Notes: generated from the letters alone by a model not told the origin. DNA of 64,000 bases from Oopsacas minuta (GCA_024704765.1 JAKMXF010000033.1:744001-808000); one strand, 5' to 3'; positions 33,035 through 46,900 are shown, counted from the first letter of the stretch. Numbers and translations: made by a program.

Positions 33035-34567
33035 TCAACTTGAATCAGTTTCATGCATGAACTGTAATACAACACTACTAATAGCAATAAGTAGTGTAAT
33101 GACAGAAATAACTGCAACAGAGATCTGTACACAAAATCCACTGTACCATCCTGAGTATGGAGTGTGTGCTCGTGTTGTGAACATAAATGATCCAATTCTA
33201 TCAAATAACTTCTTGTTGACTAATGAGGCTAATCCTGACATATCATACATTAATTCTATCAATCTCTGAGATCTCCATTGAAATACTACAGGTAATATCA
33301 ACATTAACGATATTGAGAAAATACCGCTTATATCTGTTATTACAATCAAGTTAGCAACGAATAGTGATAGCAATATAGGAAGTAGTGCTATCAGACATCT
33401 CAATGATACCAAGATCATTTGTTGTTTGAAAGTTTCTATTTGTGAAGTGTCCGTTCTCATGATAATCTGAAATAGGAGGTTTGCTTGCAAGATGGTTGAA
33501 AGTGGATAACAAGAAAGGAGATCAATCACAGGAAAGAATATGACAATATAGGAGAATATCCGTAGAGAAATGTGATAGCTCTCGTGTGTGTAAGGAATCC
33601 AATTCAACACACAGTTAGGATTAATATTGTGTAAGAAAGCAAGAGATACAGATATACCTAGAGTTGTTACCAATACTCCTATACTCATAAATACTACTAT
33701 AGTCAAGCTCTTAAGAAGTTTCTTATTTGTAACTGTGAACAAGGCTGTAGGGAGAAAGAAATGATTCTGGAGACTGTAGAGGAAGATTGGAATGCCATAG
33801 AAGATGTATGCTATATTGAATCTGAGTATAGTTTGTGAGTATGTGTGTACGTGAGTAAGATTAGTTGAGTTGGTTGTGTGAATATTCATTATTTGAGGGT
33901 TGATTTGATCAAAAACGATTTTGACAAAAGAGAATACAATGATTGAGGCTATAATTATGAAGCGAGCTATTCCCAATATTAGTTGCAAATATTTCTGTTT
34001 TTTGAGTCCTATAACTGATAGGAATAGAACAATAATTCCGTATCCTGCTACAGCAACTCTGTACAAGTTGAGACAGCCATATTGATTGGGTAATCTCTTT
34101 ATAAACTGAGAAGAGCTACACTTTAGGAATGTATTTGTGTCAATAGGCAGGTTGGTAGCCAGTGTGGATGCAGCCACTGCACAATAAGCCCACAATGACG
34201 TAATGTTAAAGCAGCAGAACATAAACACAATAAACAAGCTAGCAGAGAAGCCAAACAATATTTGGCCAGATTCAGATATTTCATATTTCCTGTTTTGAGA
34301 ATGTAGAAACAAATCATCTCTGCTCTCTGTATTGTTTAATAATGGCTGTGACTCATCTGATTGCGATCTCCTATCAATAACCTTGACCCTTCCAAGAAAT
34401 TCTACAACATATATTGCAGACACCAAACTAACTAGACAATAGAACACGTAGCTTACTATTATTACTAGTGTCCCAGCCTTGTAGAATATGTAAGGGAGAC
34501 TGAGGAACCCACTACCCAGTGTATAGTTTATAATATAGAAATAACAAAATACTTCTTGAAACTTCAT
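33035..34567 (-). CDS. Amino-acid transporter (TMEM104/SLC38-like), copy B, inverted duplicate of 25483-27012
   Basis: Protein identical to copy A over most of its length; differs at the termini, in two N-terminal helices and at two isolated residues. Confidence 0.85.
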   Translation of the reverse strand: MKFQEVFCYFYIINYTLGSGFLSLPYIFYKAGTLVIIVSYVFYCLVSLVSAIYVVEFLGRVKVIDRRSQSDESQPLLNNTESRDDLFLHSQNRKYEISESGQILFGFSASLFIVFMFCCFNITSLWAYCAVAASTLATNLPIDTNTFLKCSSSQFIKRLPNQYGCLNLYRVAVAGYGIIVLFLSVIGLKKQKYLQLILGIARFIIIASIIVFSFVKIVFDQINPQIMNIHTTNSTNLTHVHTYSQTILRFNIAYIFYGIPIFLYSLQNHFFLPTALFTVTNKKLLKSLTIVVFMSIGVLVTTLGISVSLAFLHNINPNCVLNWIPYTHESYHISLRIFSYIVIFFPVIDLLSCYPLSTILQANLLFQIIMRTDTSQIETFKQQMILVSLRCLIALLPILLSLFVANLIVITDISGIFSISLMLILPVVFQWRSQRLIELMYDMSGLASLVNKKLFDRIGSFMFTTRAHTPYSGWYSGFCVQISVAVISVITLLIAISSVVLQFMHETDSS

Positions 34568-37500
34568 TTTAGTATTTAATACATAAAATTCACAATATAT
34601 ATATTAGCAGATACTAATTATCATTTTATTATTTAAATAATTTTAATATAGAGAGCATATATAAATTAATCTATAGAAATAAATCTCGTGAGACAGTTTA
34701 CATTCAGGGAAAGCCTCATTAAAATAAGAATTTCTAAACCTCGAAACTAGTGTTTTCTTAATATATAACCATTGCAATTGCTAATCATACTGATAGTATA
34801 TTATTTTATTATAATAATAAAATGCAGTTTACGTCATCTCAAAATTGTACATATGTTGTTTGTGTATCATTTACTTTCATGCTTTAGGGGTAAGAATCAT
34901 TTTCGTTCTAATGAGAATAATTAATATTAGAGAACACAATATTATCCAAATTAACGAATTCTAGTATAATGATCATTAGGTATGTATTAAAGTCGTTACA
35001 TTATTCTGAATATATGTACTTCTGGTCCACTTTGATGGAGCGCTAGAGTATGGTTATTCAATAAAATACTTTCTCTAGAATAAATATCTGGAGAGTATAT
35101 CAAACTTTCCTTAAGTATGGATATGGAGATTCCATGGACGTATCCATGAATGGATATAGACGTTCTGGTCATATCCATAGATATTGTGGCTATCTATACT
35201 TTGAAAATATTTACGATAATTAGCAATGTATTACAGTCGACAATAGTTAAGAAGAATACCCGTTAATTCTAACTTTCACTAATTCGAACAAAATTTTCTC
35301 GTGAGAGTTAGAATTAACGGTTGTCAACTGTAATACTATTTCTTTTGTAATCATGACAATATCATGCAGTTCCCTAAACGTAAGTTCTGACGACAAAACT
35401 ATCAATAGAATTCTATAGCGATGTTTTTATTGGAAGATTCTGCGATAAGTCTACCCTCTACAATTCTCCTTTGATGCACAGGAATCTCGCAACAACAATC
35501 ATACGAATGTAAGTTGAAGAAAAGAAACGCGTCATACCTCTTGTGTGTGTGGATATTGTTCCAATACATTTGTATAGTAAAATATAAACTACGGAAAATG
35601 GATAGAAAAGTGGCGTGTGGATATGGATGAGAGTAATTATTCATCTCCATAGCAAGCCAGGAGTATATGTAATTATAATGTAACAGTTATAAATTTCGTG
35701 TTTGTAAATTAGCAATTTTCAAATCTATTTATTCTCAGTTGATACGAAATATTCTCGTTACGAATAAGCCAAGTTACATACATGAGTGAATGGTTAAAGA
35801 ATCATAATTATCACTACTATTTGGTAACTAGCATTTAGAGAATGGTTGACAAAATAATGGGTCTTAACAAATATGAAACCAACTAAAACGAAACATTTAC
35901 AAATACAGATTGTTGGAATTCCAACTAGTAATTCTATAAAAAATTTTCTATACAATAATATATCTGCAATTACAGCCTGTAACCCTCAAAAGGTTCTCTT
36001 TCATATCTTCATTTGGAAGATAATTAAATTAGGAAATTCAGAATCACTGGGTTACTTGAAGTGATCCATGTATTCGGGCAGTTGTCGACTACAAACTAAT
36101 ATTAATTAATAGTTATACTATAGCCAATTTGGTTACTTCACTTATATCGACATCGTAATGTAATACGCATAACACCGTAAGGGAAGCAATTAAATAAATA
36201 CATTGTTTGCTGGTAAACTAGCTCTTGTAGAAAGTACAAACAGATTGCACTGACAGGAAGTCAATAAAAAGAAACCTCATATACAAAGGTAGTGTATCGC
36301 ACTGATGTGTTTAATATCGCAGGTTAAAGGACATTTAGCCTAAACAATAAATATAATTTTCTATTCTAGCAATTGATAGCAGAAGCCGATAGCACAATTA
36401 GAGGCAGATGGTGTGGTTCAATGAGAGGAATTGTCAATTGATAATGATTTCTAATTATTATTATTTTACGGAATTTAGCTACAATATTCATGCTTGTTCA
36501 ATTGGGTATACACATAATAAACAGTGGGTATGCGGGTGTGAAAGCCCCAATGGGAGTCCATGACCCCTGGCCTGGAATATGTCATGATTATAGCGATTTG
36601 AGTATATTGAGTTCAAAAGAAATATTGTGGCCAACAAAAGTGAGAGTTTGAAAAAGGAATTCTCAATAACTGGGATAGAAAATTTGTAATTCAAATTTTT
36701 GATTAACATACTTATTTCAAATAACACGATGGAGAGTGAATGACACCCCTAAGCTTGTATACCTGTATTTCCATAGTAATATCGTATTTGCGAATTTGAA
36801 TTAAATACATTTATTATTACAGCAATCATCAGTTCCTTACATTATAATACTTATCCAATATCTAAAGGTTCCATCAATGAAATCCACAATATAATCGGAA
36901 AATAAGCCTTTCGATCACGCAAGAATGGCAATAGTGTACAATGGTGTACGTGTCCAAGAGTCAGTCATGGCATATATATACGTATTTAGCTTTTATGAGT
37001 TAAGAGATTGGTCCTATAGAATTTGACCGAATTGCTGAATAATTATTTCTAAAAATAAATAACACTCGGGTAGTACGCATCTAGAAATAAAATAAAGAAT
37101 TTCGAAATGAAGGCAGTAGTAATTTAGATAGAACTAAATTATCATTGAGTTCAATCATGACAATATTTTACACAATTTCTAGAATTCTACAAAATACTTG
37201 ATACTACTCGCGAATACCAGAAAAGAAATTAAGAGCATTGGCCTCATTGGTCGTGTTTTATGAATTCTTTATTCAGATTGCAATCCTAAGCACAATTAAA
37301 GTACTAGTTCAGTGTGAGAAGAAACCAATAATTATCATGGTAGAGCTAATCAATTATTAAACACTGTTATTATATGACAGGATTCCCTGCTGGCCAACGA
37401 AATCATAGAACGAATAACAGAACCAGTTTATTCAGTACATCTTACAATTCCAAGTAATCTCATTTATCATTTGATAGAGTATTGTACTGAGTATTATCCT

Positions 37501-38139
37501 AACTTCTAACTATCTTGCTATTCAATACACAAATTAGATAATTAGTTGCTTAATACATTGCATTTACATTCAAGGTTCTCTGTTGCAATTAAGATACCCA
37601 AAAAACATATTGTCCATATGTGAGAGAGTGAATGACGAGCCGCTATGGCAAGAATGCAAATATTATTTACAAGATACTCATTAATAAACAAGCTTTGTGA
37701 TTTAAATCATCGTATACAGTAGATAGGAGATATGGCGCAGAGTACAAAACAACACAAGTACCCATTATAATATATTACATACCAAATCAACTGTCAGCAG
37801 ATGTATCGAGCACCCCCTTTGTTAGATAATCGTTGAATATATTTGAATTTCCATAATAAAGAATAGCTATGTCGCGGTTAATAAACTCTACAGATGTTCA
37901 ATTACTACAATACTAACAGATGGATAATATGAATACTAAATGTGGCCTATTCATGCGTTCCTATTCAGAGTACACTCTGTACCTGTCAAGTTAATGAAAC
38001 CCTGATCGCAAGAGCCCATCAGAATTCTAAAGATTAACATGGTATACTTAAAAGCCTTTGTTGACTACTTGTATAAATACATCGGAAAAAACCGAGAAAT
38101 TAAATCCAAACTCAAGTATCAAAGAAATTCGTAACAAAA

Positions 38140-39222
38140 ATGAATAGCAAAATAATTGCCTTGCTACTTGTAGCGAACTTTATTAGCAGTTTCGCTAGCC
38201 CCTTACCACAAAACATACAATGGGATGAAGCAATGCTTGGATTCCCTCAACCAGACGGAAACCTACACATCTATGCTATACCAGTTGGTAACGGTGATGC
38301 TACCTTCATTCAGTGTCCAGGTGGTGAAATCATTATTCACGATATGGGACAAGAAAGTGGCAACCAATCTGGCTGGACTCCATCCATGGTCCGTAGCTAT
38401 CTACTAAGTCAGATCCACAAGGTCAGGGCTATCATCATCTCTAACCCCACTGAGGATCATTACAATTACATTTCAACGGTGCTAGCCACCAATGAAGGTG
38501 TTGGTCCAGAACTGCAACAAATAGTTGTAGCTGGAACCAAGAGTGATTATGATAACGAAGGAATCCAAGGCTTCCTCAATAGCTACTCACATATCGTAGA
38601 ATACGTCAACGGTGGAGACCCATGCATAAGTGACTGCCCTAATACACCACCTATGTGCGATAAATACGGAAACTATCAAGTTGAATTGAAATACCTGGCA
38701 GCTAACGTTGGTAACAATAAAAATTCCAAGTCAATCACCTTACAAGTTATTACCAAGAACTTTAAACTCCTTCTTCCAGGAGATTTCAAAGGTGAAGATA
38801 TCGAAAAACTTATCACACAGGAGTGGAATGCAAAAGGAGAAAGTCTAGCCTCCACCCATTACAAAATCTCCAACCATGGACAAGTTGGATCTAGCAACAG
38901 TTTAAGCTGGCTACAGGAGATCCAACCCCAGTACGCATTCAGCAGCAATGCCTATCCTACCAAATACGCTATCAATCCCACTTGTACCATTTACACCCGT
39001 CTGCTGGCAGTAGGGTCACTCGATAAGCGAAGCTCTTCAGGTGTGTACGCATGCTACAATACACAAGACGATTACCCACATGTTCAACAATATAAGAACT
39101 TTGTCTATGACCTATTCACTACAGCCCCTACATCTAGCACTACTGAGCTACTCAAGATCTCTGTATCTCTCTGTGATGATGACGTAGAGACAGAAATGAA
39201 AGCAATCCCTAATCCCTTCTAA
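38140..39222 (+). CDS. Secreted ComEC/Rec2-like metallo-beta-lactamase-fold protein with degenerate metal motifs
   Basis: Signal-peptide-like N-terminus. IYAIPVGNGDATFIQCP...IIHDMG, IIISNPTEDHYNY (HxHxDH position), LLLPGD, YKISNHG (HHG position), YAFSSN. Confidence 0.75.
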   Translation: MNSKIIALLLVANFISSFASPLPQNIQWDEAMLGFPQPDGNLHIYAIPVGNGDATFIQCPGGEIIIHDMGQESGNQSGWTPSMVRSYLLSQIHKVRAIIISNPTEDHYNYISTVLATNEGVGPELQQIVVAGTKSDYDNEGIQGFLNSYSHIVEYVNGGDPCISDCPNTPPMCDKYGNYQVELKYLAANVGNNKNSKSITLQVITKNFKLLLPGDFKGEDIEKLITQEWNAKGESLASTHYKISNHGQVGSSNSLSWLQEIQPQYAFSSNAYPTKYAINPTCTIYTRLLAVGSLDKRSSSGVYACYNTQDDYPHVQQYKNFVYDLFTTAPTSSTTELLKISVSLCDDDVETEMKAIPNPF

Positions 39223-39818
39223 AGAGGGAGGTTTTATACAAACATACTTATTCACTCATCTCTCACACTAATGCATCACTACACATCATTGAGTACTTTG
39301 ATTATATTTTTACGTGTTTAGTTTAGGCGTTATGTTATCTTGTTTATAAATAATTATCATGTAAATGAATTTATGTTAGAAATTGATTCGTGAAAGGAGT
39401 ATTTGCAAGAAATTAGTTATCAATAAAGTGAATAATCAGGTTGTAGCGGTTCTAGTAATCAATGAATCTTGGCCACTATTAGTTGGGAGCTTGTTTAGCT
39501 CCTAGGGTCATATAACCATGTCGTCTTTCTTATTCCGAAGAGAATATAACTTAATTGCTACTTGCAGTTGGCGTCATGAGGGTCTTCTAAAGAGATATAC
39601 AATAAATTCGTTTTGAACAACAAGTATATTATTAGACACATTAATCTATCGTATATTGCTGCTGCTGCTGTACTTTCGATATCTAAATCATTCAATTTAT
39701 TAATAAACTAAAAAAGAAAATTCCAAATAATACAAAATTAATTAATTTTATTTCGATAATAACTCAATTATTCCTGAACAAACAAGCAAATATCAATTGA
39801 ATAATCAGAATCAAATAA

Positions 39819-40349
39819 TTAAGATCTGATTTGAGTGCTAGTAGCTCCTGCTATGACAAGCACAATAACAGTGATAACAACAGCTAGAATAATAAATGGT
39901 AGCCATGTCTTGAGTACTCCCCCTATTCCTGTGTATTTACCTCTGAAGAACATAGAAAATCCTAGTATAAACATGTTCCAGTGAGTAGAGCTATCATAAT
40001 GCATTAGATTGAGTGACATGGCTACATGAGAATGACAGTTGTCACAACATAAGTTATGCATTCGTTTCTTGTATTCCTCAGATGCATTGTGTACAGCTTG
40101 ATCCCAGTCAGACCTAGCTTTATGAGGAGAGTACTGGAGATAGCGAGTAGGTCTTCCAAATGCCATGTTATCCTCACTAACTGTGTAAGGACCAGCGAAG
40201 TCACGTATTACACCAGCTGATGTACATATACCCATATGGCCAATGAAGGGAAATAGCCAGGTTAGGAGTGGAATAGGAGTCCATACGATGCAGAATGGGA
40301 ATCGGTCTCTTTTAAAATCTATTTGCCCCATAGTCTCAGACTCTATCAT
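39819..40349 (-). CDS. TMEM222: Transmembrane protein 222
   Basis: RFPFCIVWTPIPLLTWLFPFIGHMGICTSAGVIRDFAGPY, HNLCCDNCHSHVA. Confidence 0.93.
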   Translation of the reverse strand: MIESETMGQIDFKRDRFPFCIVWTPIPLLTWLFPFIGHMGICTSAGVIRDFAGPYTVSEDNMAFGRPTRYLQYSPHKARSDWDQAVHNASEEYKKRMHNLCCDNCHSHVAMSLNLMHYDSSTHWNMFILGFSMFFRGKYTGIGGVLKTWLPFIILAVVITVIVLVIAGATSTQIRS

Positions 40350-40984
40350 TCAATATAAGCTATATATACAAAAGATTGATGTATATTTGTGTGCAGTACT
40401 GATTGAGGAACTGGTTCGAGCAACAGATGTAAAATTAACAATATGTACGAGATTGAACTAGTTCTAGTAAACAGGATCTTTTAGTGAGAAATCGAAAATT
40501 AGTATCTTTTAAAATTTCCAAATGGCAGTGATTACTTGCAAATTGATACTAAGTGCACGATGCAGTACAAGTTCTGATCGGTTATTCGAACTCGTTGGGA
40601 TGATCCTAAATATAATTCATTTACATGCACTTATTAAGATTACGAGTGTATGTGACCATTTTCACTTGAACAAACGTGAAATACTCACTAAACTAATGCA
40701 TAATGGCATGAATTTTTTGCTCCATAGTGAACCTACAGCTAACAGCTACATATACTTTGCACAAGAATAGTCCATTCAATTAAAACTATAAAGAAAGAGC
40801 ATTATTAAGTGATTTCAATTAATAAACACAAAAAGTATATGAAATATATTAATAAAATACTAGAAATAACTAAAAAATATAAATAATTGAGTTAATATAA
40901 AAGTGCAAACGGGTCGCCTTCTGAGAATGAAGAGATTCAGAGCCTAATAAGTAGAAAATTGATTACAAATAAAACGTAGATCTA

Positions 40985-43900
40985 TTACATATAGCCGTAA
41001 GGATTGTACTGGGGAGCATACTGTGGGTATTGCTGGTACATATAAGGATTAGCTGCTGGATAGCCATACATCACCTGTTGAGGAGCAGTCATAACACGTC
41101 TATGCTGTTGTCTACTACTGTATTGATGACCATCTGCTGCACCAAAGCTAGACTGACGAACACGAATTGATTTGCCTTTCTTTTCTTTCTTGTATGACTT
41201 GCCTTTCTGCTCGGAACCCTTAAACCAGCCGAACCCTTTCTTCTTCGTTTTCTCGTTGCCAGAACCGCCGTCTCCTTGCACGTAGAAGTTATCATCTATC
41301 TGTCTCTGTGTCAGACTCTGAGTAGAGTATATTCCAGATGATCTGTTGAAGGGGAAAAAGTTTGGGCCTTGCGGTTGTCCGTATACAGGAGCCTGATTCT
41401 CAAACTCATTAAGAGGTCCCTGGTTTTCCGACATGGCGATCCGTCTCCGCTGAGCTCGCGAAAAGTCTTCATCGTACTCATCATCATAGTCATCATCCAT
41501 AATCTCTACACGGAAGGGACTACCCGGCACGTGCTCCCCTGACCAACGAATAGATATGGTATATATACCAGGAAGGGAGGGGTCATATCTCCCCAGTAAG
41601 ATACGTGGCTGTGTGTCATCTGCTGCATAAGCATCTATCTTGAATGCTCCCTTTATACCATGCACTCGGACAATCAGTGTACCGATACCAGCATTCTTAG
41701 TGTCAATAGTGAACTCTCCTGTACCGTTAGCCATACCGTCCTCTAGTCCTGGTCCGTATGCTCGTACCTTGGATGCGTCAGGCCCCTGGAACACCTTGAT
41801 TAGGAATGGACTCCCAGGGATATGTGCATCACCCCACCTAACTGCTATCTTGTATCGTCCCATCTGTGGAGCATCGAACTTCACAGAATACACTCCCGTC
41901 CCGTCATCTGCCATAAATACACGGCCAGTAGAGTTATCGGGTTGTTTAAGCTTGGTGTTCAGCTGTGAGGCACCAGCCTGCCTCGTGTCTACATTGAATT
42001 CCAAAGTCTGTCCAGTTGTGTGAGTGAAGTCTGGATCTAGAGCAGAGCCGTAAGCTCTACAGAGGTCAGCTCTAGCAGGAGGAATAGCAGTTACGTTAAA
42101 CGGAGATCCTGGTATAGGCTTCTTAGCCACTGTAATACTGATTTGATATAATCCTGGTGTAGGGACAGTGTACGTAGCTGCATAAGAGCCATCCATTTGA
42201 TCGATAATATTGAAATTACAGTCTAAAGCATGTTTATTATTGTCAGAGATTTCTACAGCTAAATGCTTGTTCTTAACCATCTCTGCTTGATTAGTTACTA
42301 CTGTGAATTGTACAGGAATAGTAGCCTGACATTTCTTTAGTCCTTCACCATAAGCACTGCACATATTGGCATTAGCAGCAGGGTTTATGTCCGCTTCAAA
42401 TGGGGAGCCTGGTATCTGAGCCTTCCCCCAGTAGATCTCTATCTCATGGAATCCTACCTCATAGGGGATAAATTGTGCTTTGAATGTTCCCTGACTTAAT
42501 TCCTCTAGCTCCACGTGAGGAGTAGTAGTAGCTCCTTTAGCAACTATGCGAGGGTGCACATTACCAGCATACCTCCCCTGTACTGTCATCTCGAAGGGTT
42601 CCCCTACTTTACCCTCCTTAGTGGATAGGTGACGTCCGTATGCACTAGCCTTAGATGCGTCACAGACTGAAAACTTGAATGGACTCTGAGGAATAGAGAG
42701 ACCTGACCAGGTGACGTTAACTTTAATATCACCAACTTCTTTAGGATGAAGTTTAAGGAAGGTCGAGCCAGATTCTGCATCGATAAAGTCAGCGTCTAAG
42801 ATACGGCCCTGAGAGGATTTAGCAATTAGATGGCCTGGACCAACACCATATGACTTGAAGAATATTTCATCGGATTCTTTCACCTGTAGAGCAGTCGGTA
42901 CCTGTCCTAACAGCTGTAGCTTGGATGGATCAGCTGCTTGTATCGTGTAGGGAGATCCCGGTATATTAGCTCCTGTATATAGACCGAATACAGTGTAGTT
43001 ACCCTGGTCAGGAGGAGTGAATTTAACAGCTACACTGTTAGCATCAAATGGTTGTATTTTCACAACTGGGTCTTTGGAAGGACCTTGAATTGTTATCTTA
43101 ACCTCTCGTACATTTTTTGCACCTGAAACGAAAAATTTACATTCTTCGCCTACTCGTACTACGGCTCCTTCTTCTACAATCTCTCCTGTCATTCTCAGAC
43201 CTTTAGCCTTACGATCTGATAGCTTGATTGACCAGAGTAGACATGCGACTACTATTTCATCTATCTCAGGATTAGTGAACTCCTTAGCAGATACCAGACA
43301 GGATATGCCTAGGTTATCTTCTGCGATCTGAAATATGCGTTTACAGTTCTCCTACAAATTAGAAGTGGTATATAATTAACAGTCACTTTCGGAATGATCA
43401 GATTTGTAAACTCAGGTCATTTCCCGAGGTTAGTTAAAAATAAAAATTTGTTGAAAAGGCTAGCTTCTTCTAAGACTGTCTACAGAGTAAATAACTTCCT
43501 TTAGAGTTTAAATATTTGAAATTAATTCAGATTAATTTGGGCCAAAATAAAAGAATACAAATATATGAAATCCTCCAATAAGAATTTCTATGAATTATGA
43601 GAATATACTCAGTAAACAGTAGGTAGTTACATGTTATTGTTAAGAGATAACTCACAACTGCATTCTCTTTCTTATAGTCTGCGAAGTCAGCCGCTAGATC
43701 GTGATATATCCTGTTGATGAGAAGAGCTAGATTAGTACCATCATTCCAGTCTGTAGTGAAATTAGTAATCTTCTTTTCAGGGAGCTTCTCTTGTAGCCAT
43801 TTCATCAGACGCTCATTTGCAGGTCCGAAGTAGTAGGATATATATGTCATTACACTAAGCTCATCTATCATAGGATTGTTTATGTCTGCTGGAGATACGA

Positions 43901-46900
43901 TCTGTGGAACCTGTATAAGGGAAAATACAATTAAAGATTGAGCTAATAATATTTTGTATTAAAATCTATATTATTAATCTCAGTTCTTGCTGCCTGTTTG
44001 TTTGGACGTTGTCAAGGATAGGATTCATGATATTCTATATGATTCTGAATTTAGCAATTCCTAGGTGCACAATTTGAATGACTCATATGTAAAATTAATT
44101 GTTGTTTATTTGTACATAAAGTAAACAAATAATTGAAATCTGATAACCTACGTAGAGACTTGCTTGTTAATATGGATTTCAAACAGAACGGAATTCGCAT
44201 AATAATAATATTTGTATATACCTTGAGATGCTTCTCAGCTAGATCCATACCAAGTATACAATTCTCCAGACCATTGGACTTGTCTAGACCCATATGGTCC
44301 GAACACACCCCTAGTTTAATTTGATCAACTAGTCCACATATTGCTTTACCGTTATTCCAGTCACTGGTGAAGTTTGTAATCCTGTACATAGGTATCTGTA
44401 TGTTGATCCAAGCCAGCATAGCTTTCTTGGTAGAAACCTTCTTCCCGGAACTCTTGATTTGATAGGTTTTGATTAGAGTCCATACTAGACCCAGGATAAG
44501 TTTCTGATTTCCGTCATACACGTCTTCAGGACCTGTTTAGGGTATAATTGTAGAGTTAATACATTCTATCGTATTATATGAGTAAGGGAGTCATCTCAAG
44601 GTATGTAATTGTTCAGTCTCGAAAGGTATATGTACTCGAGTGGAGGCTTTCCCCACAGGTGGACAATACGTAAAGACATTGTGTAGTAATATATACACAA
44701 GCAGATTTCTCACAAATCAGAGTACGTAGTTTAACATATACGTACTAGCATGTTAGTAGTTTGCAATCATGAAAATACAGTCAACTCCCGTCATATCGAA
44801 GCTCAAAGGACCGCGATAATTACTTCAATATAAGCTGAGCTCGATATAAACCGTTATAATAGCATAAAGTATACAAGATTTATTCTATTATAACGGTTTG
44901 GGATCAAATTCGTATAATTATAGACTTTGATGTAAGCTGGTATTCCGATATAGGAATTGACTATATGTATTGGGAAATTTGCGGTGTAAACATAAACAAC
45001 AACAAACGCATAATACAATTAAGAGGTTTAATCATATAGATTAGAGAGAACTCATTAGTCAGTATAGAGGGATATAATTACCTTTTAATTAACAACAGGA
45101 GTATTTCCATAATATTCTACTGCGAATACTAACAGAGATATAGCATTACCAAACATAACAGTTAGAGTAAGACACATCATACTAATAGATGCTACAATAG
45201 AAAGACGTATAGCCAAGACTCCTCTATCAGAAATAGCATAGAACATATAACAATCAGGATACAACATCCTACAGCCAATCCCTATATCTCTAGCTCTACA
45301 GAGATCAGCTGTTAGATCAGCTGTATCTATTTCAAACGTATCATAATACTTATCAGATACAATACGAGGTAGTTTCAATATAACAGGCAGAGTATAACAG
45401 ATAACGAATAAATGCTGTATATTCAATACTAACCAAATGCTCATATAGACTAGTCCTATAATCGCAGAGATAAAATGAAGGAAGATTAATACGACACAGA
45501 ATAGAAGAGATATTGTGTAAATAATAACAAGAATATTCGTGAATATACAGAACCGTAAACAGGTCTGTGGATATAATTTCTACTCTTGATTATGATTTGG
45601 TTGCTCTGTGTAAGAACATTATCTAACAAGATATCTATGTAGATAGAAACGATAGTTTTCTTCGCTTCATTTCTCACTATTTCCACAGGATTAATTTCAG
45701 ATAAGTCATCACTTTCGATAGAGTCAGCCATTATTCCAAAATTCATAAATTTAAGTATTGACTATTGCTCAATACATACAATTTTGTACAAAAGATTGGG
45801 TAAACAATAGCTAATACCTACAGTCAATGGGTCATGGGTGAATTGTGATATAACAGATATGTGTACATCCATCCTTATAGAAAATGTACGTCATAATGTA
45901 TTTCCATAAAGTATATACTTGTATATTATTGTCACTGTATATGTAGCTGATATGTATTTTCACATTACATATTTAAAGGTAATTATAGTAGCTGCATTAA
46001 TATCGTTATGGATTGTGTAATGAGGAGGCTGTCTTCTTGTGGCAGATAAGTAGGCCTATTTATTACTTATAATACCAGGAGAATATAGGAAATATGGCCC
46101 ATCATGACTACAGCAATCAACTCCAAGAATGTACTACGTGCGCAATACGGTGGAACAGATTTGACTGGGGTGAGAAAGAACCATGTAGAAGTACGAGGAA
46201 TAGGAAGGACAGTTTTCTTGAGAGATTCTTGCTATGCAAGAACAAATCATTTCATAAAGGAGACTCAGCCCTACAGTACATCTACACTACACCGTTTCTG
46301 GTACTTCCCCTGTGCTCGCTGGTTTTTCCTAGCCTGTGCTGTGGTATCTCTAGCAAGTGTTGCAACTCTGTACATAGCTGCGCCACTAGCTGTTGTCATG
46401 CTAGTATGGTTAGTAATACTATGTCAGCATTGTGTTGTTAGCTGCTGTACAATACCACGTGTATTAAGACAGCCTGTAATAGTTGGACAGCAGAAACTGA
46501 ACCAGCTGTACGAAGTGCGAGTAGAACAGCTGACAGGCGTTCTACTGCAAGCACATGAAGCAGGGATAGGTTACGTAGAGGCTAGGACAGGTATGGTTAA
46601 ACTACAGACATTCTCACCAAGAGCTGTTGGACACATGCAACGAGCTAGAGTATATTCCATGATAATGTTCATGATAGCATTCGTATTGTTCTTATACTCA
46701 GCAGGGAGTGCTGCTGGATTGGGATGGAATAAGTACTCAGACCAAATAAGTAAAAAGTATTGTGAATCACTGAAGTATGACTGTGTATCCTGTCTCAATG
46801 GTACTGCTAAGACGATTAATATATTATTCATACATTATGAGATTCAGTGTGCATTCACACTGGAATCAGGGGTTGAGTGTCTAGGGGGATGTGGAGTACT

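Noticed and set aside
34996-36727. Short ORFs in the 34.7-38 kb intergenic stretch (e.g. 35402-35650, 36488-36727)
   Set aside because: No motifs, no consistent splice partners found, and lengths expected by chance.
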